The notes beneath the pieces were generated by a model. That model made no database searches, was not told where the DNA came from, and worked only from the letters and a program-made list of their open reading frames with translations. From NCBI GenBank assembly GCA_013416795.1, contig RQSC01000020.1:569793-580750 (forward strand): 10,958 nucleotides of DNA, in the 5' to 3' direction. Of this stretch, positions 1 to 8,261 are shown in pieces (positions within the stretch are counted from its first letter, which is position 1; each line of letters begins with the position of its first letter). The stretch is from Prasinococcaceae sp. CCMP 1430. Its lineage: Eukaryota; Plantae; Prasinodermophyta. Both the position numbers and the translations under genes were made by a program.

Positions 1-2
1 AC

Positions 3-428
3 TTGGCCAGGAGCGCACCGCACGACAGGCCACCGATGCCGCTGCCGATCACCACGACGTCCACCTCCTCCTCCTTCGCCGCCGCATGCGCGGCCGCCGC
101 CCCCGCCGCCGCCGCGCTGCCCGCGCTCGCCTGCCTCGGCGCGGGCTCGACGGTGCCGCTCATCACGTCGTTGATCGCGAGCTTCATCAAGCTGTACCTG
201 CTGCTGCTGTTCGTGCGCGTGCTGCTCTCGTGGTTTCCCAACGTCGACTGGATGGGCCAGCCGTGGCTCACGCTGCGCCAGGTGACCGACCCGTACCTCA
301 ACGTCTTCCGCAACCTGATCCCGCCGCTCATGGGCCAGATCGACTTCACGCCCATCCTCGGCTTCCTCGTGCTTCAGTTCGTGGCACAGGTGCTCAGCGG
401 TGGGCCGCAGGCGATGGACATCATGTGA
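3..428 (+). CDS. ylmG: YGGT/YlmG family membrane protein (plastid YLMG1-like); 5' end probably incomplete (frame open from window edge; first ATG at 36)
   Basis: Translation contains LYLLLLFVRVLLSWFPNVDW..QPW..LRQVTDPYLNVFRNLIPPL.GQIDFTPILGFLVLQF, the typical YGGT signature. Strong GC3 bias, stop TGA 426-428, and an Ala/Thr/Ser-rich N-terminus compatible with the end of a transit peptide. Confidence 0.92.
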   Translation: MARSAPHDRPPMPLPITTTSTSSSFAAACAAAAPAAAALPALACLGAGSTVPLITSLIASFIKLYLLLLFVRVLLSWFPNVDWMGQPWLTLRQVTDPYLNVFRNLIPPLMGQIDFTPILGFLVLQFVAQVLSGGPQAMDIM

Positions 429-499
429 GCGCGCCGCCCGAGGGCTGCCACGGCGGGCAGCGTGCGCGCGCCGCGAGGGTGCGCGAGCCCCTACCGCAA

Positions 500-504
500 T
501 GTAA
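500..504 (+). terminator. TGTAA polyadenylation signal (green-algal type) for the YGGT gene
   Basis: TGTAA 72 nt after the YGGT stop; UGUAA is the established near-upstream poly(A) element in chlorophytes. Confidence 0.55.
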
Positions 505-734
505 ACAACCTTTGCCCGCCCGGCGGCGATGGGTGGTGCTCCCGAGCGCCCCGAGCGCACGCGCTGCCCCCCCACCCCACCCCCCCCTCCCCCCCTCGCG
601 CGCGCGCTCGCCCGCCCACTCGCTCGCCCGCGCGGATGCTGGCGCCGACAAAGCGCGTCCGCGCGCGAGAGAGAGGTCGGCATCGCGCGCACCGGCTCGT
701 CACAAAGTATTAGAACAACCTCCGCACCCCATCC

Positions 735-1967
735 CTATTGCTGCAGGAGCACGACCACGGCGCTCATGTTGTCTCCGCCAATGCCCTGCGTCTGGCGCGG
801 GTCGTCGGCGATGCAATTGTCGACGAGGTCCTCGCAGATCTTCTTGCAGATGCTCGCCTTTTCCTCCTTGGAACGCGCCCCGTCCTTGCCGCCGTATTCG
901 GTCAGGCGCGCCGACACGAAGTCGCACACCTCCTGATTGCTCATGACGTCCCAGACGCCATCGCAGCAGAGCACGATGAACTCGTCCGCGGCCGTCAGCG
1001 TCTCCTCGATGATGTCCGGTTCGGCGGTGATTATTTGCTCCTCCCGCGGGATGCGCTTGTCGGCCTTGTACTTCAGGTCGCCTATGGCCCTGCTGAGGTT
1101 GAGGTTGCCGTTGACGCGGTGGTGGCCGTTGGCGTCGCGCACGAAGCCGCCGGCCTTGCGAATGCGGTTGTGCTCGCGTTCCTGGTTGGGTTTGTGGTCG
1201 TAGCTCAGCGCCACCGCCTCTCCGCCGCGGCACAGCACGGCGCGGCTGTCCCCCGCGTTGGCCACCACCACCTGACTGCCGCGTTTGAGGCACACCACGG
1301 CGGTGCAGCCGGCAGCGATGCGGTGGTCGGGCAGCATGCACACGCCGTCACGGGAAGCCACCGGGGGCTGGCCGGCCTGCTGCCTCATGTCAGCCCCTTG
1401 CTGCTTGCGACTTGCTAGGAACTCCTTGAGCATGCTCATGGGATCCTGCATTTCCTGCATGCGCACCGCATCGGACTTGCCCCTGGCCGCCCCCCCCGCG
1501 CCGCCGCCGCTGCCTCCCGCGCCCGGAGAGCTCGACACCTCCTCGCCGTCCTCCTTGCCGGCGACCCCCCCGGGCAAGCCGCTGATGGACATGTCGCGCT
1601 CGTCCTCGCCCATGCGCATGACGTTGAGCTCGTGGTCGAACTTCTCGTCGTCGATCATCTCGTCCATCCGGTGGAACGCGTTGGCCAGGCCCGCGCCGAG
1701 CTCGCCGTTCTTGAACTGCTCGATCTTCGCCAGCTCCCCGGGCATGTATTTCTGGCAGAACTTGCTCACCTCCGTGCCTCCGTGCCCATCGAACACCGCG
1801 AACATCGCGGTGTCCTGGTGCTCGGGGCTCAGCTCAGGCAGCAAGATCTCCGCATCCTCCATGCTCTTTCGCCAGCCCTGCATGCAGCTGCCGCCGAAGA
1901 CGAAATCGGCGCCCACACCGTCGTGCGAGTCCTTGGCCGTCACCGGCTGCGAGAGGTAGGCGCCCAT
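735..1967 (-). CDS. Protein phosphatase 2C (PPM family; PPM1G / plant clade I-like), 410 aa, intronless
   Basis: ATG at 1967 (gcagccATGg) gives MGAYLSQPV. PPM motifs present: MQGWRKSMEDA, FAVFDGHGG, GCTAVV, NAGDSRAVL, DHKP, RVNGNLNLSRAIGD, DGVWD, GGDNMS. Stop TAG 737-735. Confidence 0.96.
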   Translation of the reverse strand: MGAYLSQPVTAKDSHDGVGADFVFGGSCMQGWRKSMEDAEILLPELSPEHQDTAMFAVFDGHGGTEVSKFCQKYMPGELAKIEQFKNGELGAGLANAFHRMDEMIDDEKFDHELNVMRMGEDERDMSISGLPGGVAGKEDGEEVSSSPGAGGSGGGAGGAARGKSDAVRMQEMQDPMSMLKEFLASRKQQGADMRQQAGQPPVASRDGVCMLPDHRIAAGCTAVVCLKRGSQVVVANAGDSRAVLCRGGEAVALSYDHKPNQEREHNRIRKAGGFVRDANGHHRVNGNLNLSRAIGDLKYKADKRIPREEQIITAEPDIIEETLTAADEFIVLCCDGVWDVMSNQEVCDFVSARLTEYGGKDGARSKEEKASICKKICEDLVDNCIADDPRQTQGIGGDNMSAVVVLLQQ

Positions 1968-2923
1968 GGCTGCCCACTGCACGGCGCGGGGGCACGAGAC
2001 GTCGCGCGCGCGGCGCGGGTGGCACCGGCGAGGCACGGCGCGGAGGGATCGTCAGCCAGGAGCGCGAAGGCGCGTCCGCTCGGCTCTAGTCCGTTCGCGC
2101 GAGCGCAGGTCCACGACGACGACGAACAAAAGGCTGCGCACGAGACGCGCGCGACAAGGTCCTCGGGCCCGGAGGGCGGGTGGCGCTCCGACGTGCGCGT
2201 TGCGCCGGCGCTCGCTGGAGCGCGCGTGGAGGCAAGGCGCGGCACTTGCGCGCTGGATTCACCCACCCACCCCCCGCCCAGACCCCCTCCCCGCCTCCTG
2301 CCACGTCGTGCGTCTTTTTGGGGCGGTTGGGAGGGCGGGTCGGTGGGTGGTGGTGGGGGGGGGCGCCACGCGCGGGCGCGCTTACGCGCGCGCTGACGCC
2401 CGCGCGCGCCGCCCCCTCCCGTAGCGAGAGATCTCCACCCCGGCGCACGCACCTGAACACCTCCCCTTTCGCACGCTGCCCCCTTTCTCCCCCCCCCCCC
2501 GGCGTTCGACGCGCGCGCTGTGGCCACACCGCGCGCGCGCGCCGCGCGCAAAACACGCGCCGCCTTGGTAGCGCGGCGCCCCGCGGAACCCCACCGTTTG
2601 ATCCGGAAACGGGGACGCAGGGGGGCTCGCGCGAGCCGGGCTCCGCGCGCTCCCGCCTTTCTCCCCGGGGCGAGTTCAACTCCGGGCCCGAAAATCCGAA
2701 ACGGAGGCGCACTCTCAAATCATCAACATCAAGCACCACCACGCATGGCATGATGAAGAAGATCGCGCGCGCCGCATGTATTTTTTTGCTCGACTTGTCC
2801 CAACAATTCCTTTTTTATTATTATTTCGACGGGTTTGTTTGCTCGAGACGCGTGCAACCTCTTCGTTGCTACGTCTGCCACCTCTCTGCCTCTCTTAGAG
2901 ATGTATCGTCCAGCGACGTCCCA

Positions 2924-2966
2924 CTGTCTGTCTGTCTGTCTTCTGTCTGTCTGTCTGTCTGTCTGT
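2924..2966. repeat. (CTGT)n microsatellite, 10 units with one interruption
   Basis: CTGT x4 (2924-2939), short interruption, CTGT x6 (2943-2966). Confidence 0.9.
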
Positions 2967-3033
2967 AGTGCGTTTTTGTGTTTGGTTTTTGCGTTGGTCG
3001 TGGTGCGGTGCGTGCGTCTGTGATAGGTGGTGT

Positions 3034-3060
3034 GGGTGGGTGGGTGGGTGGGTGGGCGGG
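3034..3060 (+). repeat. (GGGT)n repeat, seven G3 tracts, potential G-quadruplex
   Basis: gggtgggtgggtgggtgggtgggcggg read directly. Confidence 0.85.
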
Positions 3061-3086
3061 CGGTCGTTGCGTCGCGGTGCGTACGC

Positions 3087-3102
3087 GGTGTGTGTGTGTG
3101 TG
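3087..3102. repeat. (GT)n dinucleotide microsatellite
   Basis: Run of gtgtgtgtgtgtgtgt. Confidence 0.8.
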
Positions 3103-3370
3103 TAGCGGCTGCTCGGTGTGCCGTGCCGTCGTCCGTTCCGGCTGGCGTGTTTCCTGGCGATCGCGTGCGGTGCCCGGCGGGACAGGAGCGTGCTCACCGG
3201 CTCCCCGCGCCGCGTGCTTGCGTGCTGCTATTGCTATGCTGCCTCTTCATGCATACCCCTTGCTGCTGCGTTGCCCGCGCCGGGAGCCGCGGAGGCTCGC
3301 CGGCGGCGGGCGCGAGGCGCGGCGCCCCACCGGGCGCGGCGCCTCTTCGCGACCCTCCGTCGTCCCCTGG

Positions 3371-4502
3371 CTACGCGAAGAGCCCCGAGACGAAGGTGGC
3401 GCTCGACGCGAAGATGTCGTCGGTGGAGAGCAGGTCCGACGACAGGAGGTCGAACTGCTCGGCGGGGCCCAGGTTGGGCACGCCGGCCGACGCGATCCAC
3501 GGGAGGCTCACGCCGGCCTCGGGCTTGCATGAGCCCAGGACGGGCCCAGGCATGCCCGCCGGCGGCGCGGTCGCCTCCGTGCAGTAGCTCGTCGTCGGCG
3601 CGCCGTCGTCCTCCGTGCGCAACGACAGCACGTCGTCCATGGAGGGCGACGCCGAGGCGCCGCCCCAGCCGCCTGGCGGGGCATCGAGCGCCCAGCCATC
3701 GAGCAGGTTCGCCTCGTCGACGGCCGAGAGCTCGCACACGTGCTCGCTCGCCTGCCCCTCGCTCGCCTGCTCGTACGTCTGCTCGAACGCCTGCTGCTGC
3801 GCCTGTTCCCGCGCCCCCGCCTGCTGCGCCTGCTGCACCTCATGCGCGCCCGCCGCCGCCGGCGAGGCCTCCTGCAGCGACATCGTCGGCGACGGCGTCG
3901 CGGGCGCCTCCACCTTGCGCCGCCGGCTCACCGACGTGCGCCTCTTGGTGGGGACCTTGGTGACGATCTCCTCCATCGAGACCTTGGCGGCGGCCGTGCG
4001 CGCGCGCTTGGGGGCCTTGCCCGAGCTGCCGATGGAGTCCTCCGATGACGTGGCGGGCTCGAGGGCGACGCGCTTGGGCGCGCGCGAGCGCGGGCGCGCG
4101 GGTGCCTTCACCTCGGCGGCGCGGGCCTTGGCGCTCGGCGCCGACCTCCGCCGCGCGGCGCCCGCGGGCTTCTGCTGGCGCGTGAGCTTGCGGCGCTGGC
4201 ACTCCGGGCAGAGCAGCTTGGCGCCGTTGTCCAGAGCCCCGGCCCCGTTGTGCTCCAGGTGGCACGCCTTGTGCACCCACCTCGAGCAGCACGCGCAGCT
4301 CAGCCAGCCGGCCGCGCTGCTCGCGCCCTTCCCGCCCGCCGCGGCCTCCGCCGCGTCGGCGTCGTTGTACGTCACCTGGCAGTAGGGGCAGCACTTGCCG
4401 CGCTTGAGCCTGATGCCGCACGCGTTGCACAGCGTCACGAGCTTGCCCTTCTGCATGCCCTTGCGCCACATGGGCGTCGAGTCGGTGCCGCATGACGCGC
4501 AC
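3371..4502 (-). CDS. Main exon of a GATA-type zinc finger + PHD finger protein (putative chromatin-reading transcription factor)
   Basis: CASCGTDSTPMWRKG...TLCNACG is a GATA finger (C-x2-C-x20-C-x2-C). It is followed by CPYC...CACCSRWVHKAC...CPEC (C4HC3 PHD), a basic K/R-rich region and an acidic C-terminus. Acceptor gcgaacAG at 4504-4503 (phase 2), stop TAG 3373-3371, high GC3. Confidence 0.88.
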
Positions 4503-5007
4503 CTGTTCGCGCGCGGCGCCGTGGAGAAACCGAATGGTCCGCGCACGCGCGTGCGTGTCCGTGCGTGTGACCAGCAGCATTTCGGAATCGCGCGGGTAGG
4601 TCAAAGTGCAAGGGCGCCGGGGTGAGGCCGGGGGTGGGGGGCGCGTGAAGAGCGTCGGTGCGGGTAGCGTCGGCGGTGGCGCCAGGACGACGCTGGCAGC
4701 GCTCGACCCTATAGGATACACGGAGGCGCTCAGCCACGGCGTCATGAATTCACGTCGAAGTGCGCTGCATGCGACGGCCTCAGAGAGGCTCGCAGCGGCG
4801 TCCGGGGCACAATGGCCGCTTGGTGGCGGCGACTTCGGGCGCAGTGCGCTACTCGTGCCGCAGGACCCACAGATTGCGACGCGTGCAAGAAGTGCGCCGG
4901 TCGCGGGCACGCCGCCGCCCTCGTGGCTGGCGGTCGAGCCCGTCGCGGCATCGGTGGTCAGACACGCGCGTGCCCACGCGCACGCGCATCCTCACCAGCA
5001 CGCGCAC

Positions 5008-5039
5008 GATGGCGGCTCTGCGAGGCGCTTCGGCTTCAT
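5008..5039 (-). CDS. Candidate first coding exon of the GATA-PHD gene (MKPKRLAEPPS-)
   Basis: ATG at 5039. Phase-2 donors GTGCGC (5007) or GTGAGG (4995) are both compatible with the phase-2 acceptor at 4503, giving MKPKRLAEPPS-CASCGTDSTPMW (387 aa with donor 5007). No other in-frame ATG exists ahead of the finger in the main exon. The implied 505-nt intron is longer than others here. Confidence 0.45.
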
Positions 5040-5260
5040 GTGCGAGGGCTTGGGCGTGAGCGGCGCGCAACAGCTGCTGCCTTGAAAGGCGAGCGGACGG
5101 CCGCGTGTCGATGCAATATGGGACGAAGCTGGTACGGTCCATACGCAGTGCATGCGCGCCGCGCATGCATGCAGGCTCGCGCATGGAGGCAAGTAAGTCC
5201 GCACGGAGGAAAAATGGCCGCGCGACGCCACGCGTGTGCGCGCGGCGCGCCGACAATCCA

Positions 5261-5265
5261 TTACA
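5261..5265 (-). terminator. Possible TGTAA poly(A) signal on the minus strand
   Basis: TTACA on +, about 185 nt downstream of a TAA stop (5452-5450) that ends a Lys-rich coding-like fragment. Confidence 0.3.
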
Positions 5266-5515
5266 ACGCGGGCACACTCGACGCCCGGTCCTCTTTCCCC
5301 CCCGCCCACACACCTGGTTTCGTCGCAGCGTGCGTTGCTGTGGTGTGTATGTGTGTGTGTGCCCGCGAGCATGCGTCCGTGCGTGCTTGCGCGCATGCGT
5401 GCGCGCGAGTGCGAATCCAATCGCCGCACTCTCCCGCCTCAGTCGCGCCTTATTCACGCGGCCGCGGGGCCTGGTTGTGGGTCTTCTTGTCCTTCTTCTT
5501 GGCCGCGGCCGCCTT

Positions 5516-5516
5516 N
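5516..5516. other. Single ambiguous base N (possible hidden scaffold junction)
   Basis: n at 5516. Confidence 0.95.
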
Positions 5517-6288
5517 CGCCCCGGTCGCACGCACGCACCCGCGGCGCCCCGCGGCCGAAACCGCGGAAACGCGCGACGTGAACGCGCCGACCGCAAAATC
5601 GAAGTCGCGACCGCGCGCCGCGCGGCCCGCGCTCCGGAGGAACGACGAGCGAGGGGGGGGCGCCCCCCGAGATTTCGCCCGTGGGGAAGTGTGACGTCTA
5701 TATGAGAATTATATCTACGCGTGCGAACGCGCGCTCGCGCGCGGCGCGGCGCGAACGAACGCGTCCCGGGTCTGTGTGACGCCATCCCCGGTGATGATCC
5801 GCTTTTGACCCCGGGGCAACGCCGCGCATTCATAGGGGGTGACCCCGACGCTCCCCCGGATTACACAACACGCCCCGCCGAGCGCGCGAATCGATCGGTT
5901 CGCGCGCGCGAACGGGCGCCTCCCCCGCGCCTTTTCGCGGAAGCGCCGCGGAAACGCGCGCAGAGAGACACACCGAGGGGAAAAGCGCGCATGCGCCTTT
6001 TTCGGGCGGCGGTTGATTTGACACGGGCGAGGCCGTCGTATCACATCACATCACATCGATGTTATACCTCACCATTGCGTTTGCTCTCCGATGCGAGGAC
6101 ACAGGGCAAACAACACCAAAGAAAGTCTGCATCCGCGCGTCCGGATGTTTTCTGGGGTGTGCGCGCGCGCGGGTGCGGGGGCCGCGGGTTCCGCCTCCGG
6201 GATGAAAAGGTGGGCTCGGCGGGCGGCGGCGCGCGCGCCCGCGGGGCGCGCGAAGGGTGCCCCGCCGCGCGGTGACGAACGTTCCGGA

Positions 6289-6319
6289 NNNNNNNNNNNN
6301 NNNNNNNNNNNNNNNNNNN
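6289..6319. other. Assembly gap (31 N)
   Basis: Run of N. Confidence 0.98.
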
Positions 6320-6538
6320 GCACCACTCCGCACCCCCCACCCCGCGGCGCGGCGCGCGCCCGCCGCGCGCGCGCGCTCTGGCAGCGCCGCAGCCGCGAGA
6401 TCGCCCCCTTTCAACAGCTCTTTTGAACGCTGCGTGCATTTTGACCTACTTTTTTCTTTTTTCAGTCGCTTGCATTCTGATGAAGAGTTCTACTTTCGAT
6501 ACCGGCGATGCGGTGGCGCAAGTGCGCAGGGTGCGAAC

Positions 6539-7572
6539 TCAGAACACCTCATCAGCGCCGAGTTCCATGACGCCGTCCTCCTCGCTGAGCAGAGAGCGCG
6601 GTGCACGCGCCCTGCCATGTGGGCGACCACTGCCGCCATCGCCCCCGCCTACCCATGACATGATGTCATCGTCCGCGTCGCTCTCGTCGTCCTCGACGGT
6701 GCCATTGCCGCTCGTGGTGAACGTACGCGCAGCGGGCTCGCGCAACGGGCTGGATGCGCGCTCAGGGGAACGCGCGCGCATCACAGCACCCCCGTCGACC
6801 ACCTCCCCCTTCATCTCGTCATACAGCATGCGCTTGCGCGCCTCCTCCCAAGTTCTGGGCACACCGCTGCCGCCCGCGCTGCTGCCACCTTCCTCATCCG
6901 AACTTGTGTCTACATCCGCCACGATAGATTCGTGCCATGCATGCTTCGCCGCACTGCTCGCCTCGCCCGTTCCCTTTCCCTTTCCCTTTCCTTTTATGTT
7001 GTTTCCACCCTCGGCAGACTGAATAGACGCGATGTCGCCATCCTTCTGGAGAAGGGCGGGCGTACGTGCAATCGTTTTCGACAGAATGACGGGAGGGAGG
7101 AAATGGAGGATCAGCGTGTGCATATGCACTCACGCGCATTCGCCCCACACACATCCGCGCGCGTCGCCTGTAAAGGCACGCGCGCATGGCGTAGCGCGCT
7201 TACCTCGACGGTAAACTCCTTCTCAAGAGCGCGTGCATCCTCGTCGCGGCCTTTGGAACGCAGTCTATGCGCCATTGCGCGCGCTTGATGTACAGCTCGC
7301 GCCATCTCGGGACTGGCTCCCTGCCCGCTCTTGCGCATCATACTTAAGAGCTTCGTTGGTCCGAGTGCCTCGACCTCCTTCAGGAACGAACGCTTGGACT
7401 CGGCGGCGGGGCCCATCGCCTTGGGACCCACATCACGCACGGTATAGTCGAGCCCATCATCGTCATCGTCGACTTCTCCGGCAATCACCATGACCTGTGC
7501 ACGCTCCGCCTCCGCTTGAATGTGTTCCAAGTACTTGCTCTCAAAGGCTGCTCGCTCGCCCTCTGAGAGCCC
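6539..7572 (-). CDS. Hypothetical protein, 3' exons 7572-7204 and 7045-6539; 5' exon(s) unresolved (probably 7700-7950)
   Basis: Acceptor ctatctgcAG (7574-7573). Donor GAG|GTAAGC at 7203, branch-like CTGAT and acceptor ttctccAG (7047-7046) join in phase 0: ...ARALEKEFTVE|KDGDIASIQ... Stop TGA 6541-6539. Protein-like charged/acidic composition; no family recognised. Confidence 0.62.
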
Positions 7573-8041
7573 CTGCAGATAGGGCGCGTGTGCGTGACCT
7601 CGCCGACGACGCTGCCGCCGCTGCCGTGGCCCCGGCGCGTCGGCAGATAAAGCGCGCGCGCGCATCGCCACGCGTCCGCAGAGATATTTCCGCGACGCAG
7701 CAGGCGCGCGCCGCCGCGCGCGGGGGAACGGCGGGGGCGGATCGGATGTGTGCGCAGATAGGGAGCGAGAGCGAGAAAATTCGGCCAGGCCACCCCGCCG
7801 CGGCCTGCTCCTCGTCTCTCGCCGCAGCCTCGCGCTGCCGTCTGTGCTGTGGCTGGCGTTGCTGTGGGTTGGTTGGCGAGCACGATGGGGGTGGGGGAAG
7901 GGGTGAGGCGGCCGCGGCCGCGGCGGCGGCGGCGCAATCGTGATCCGCGCGGGATCGGCAGGCGCGCGGCGCGAGCGCGCGTCGGCGCGCGCGCGCGCGC
8001 GCGCACAGCGCCGCCGCCGCCGCCGTCGTTTCATCCCCGCG

Positions 8042-8107
8042 TGTAACGCCTTTACGGTTTGTAACCAATGTAGGGTTTGTAACGAATGGCGTTTCAGCAC
8101 ATTCGTT
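8042..8107. promoter_or_regulatory. AT-richer motif cluster between divergent units: 3x TGTAAC, telo-box (TAGGGTTT 8071-8078), CCAAT (8065-8069), 8-bp inverted repeat
   Basis: Motifs read directly; the cluster sits between the minus-strand orphan 5' end and the plus-strand PheRS fragment. Regulatory function is inferred. Confidence 0.4.
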
Positions 8108-8261
8108 TTGATGGGTGGAGGTTCGGTCGTTTCGGGGGGTGGGGAGTTGAGGTTCGCGCGCGCGCGCGCGTTTGACAGCTCGCGCGGCAAAGCAGCCGCC
8201 GGCGGCTGCTGCGCGCGCGCGAAGGGGCACCGCCGGCGGTGCCCTAATTGCGCGGCGGCGC

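Noticed and set aside
2750-2756. ATGATGA box C motif suggesting a C/D snoRNA
   Set aside because: No CTGA box D or terminal stem within a plausible distance downstream.
86-2968. Many long overlapping ORFs (86..946, 700..1341, 738..1418, 1285..1959, 1632..2396, 2180..2968 etc.)
   Set aside because: Arg/Ala/Pro/Gly-rich shadow frames of high-GC3 genes or of GC-rich intergenic DNA, where stops are rare; no recognisable motifs.
4606-5085. Plus-strand 159-aa ORF (MQGRRGEAGG...HAHAHPHQHAH)
   Set aside because: Starts at GTG, no family recognised, and lies antisense to the probable first intron/exon of the GATA-PHD gene.
5786-5816. CCCCGG-TGATGA...TTGA-CC-CCGGGG mini C/D-like hairpin
   Set aside because: Only ~31 nt, box D is non-canonical (TTGA) and the geometry does not fit a K-turn; likely chance in GC-rich DNA.
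6972-6992. (TTTCCC)n repeat as a regulatory or telomeric element
   Set aside because: Falls in-frame in the orphan CDS, where it encodes KGKGKG; not a telomeric motif.
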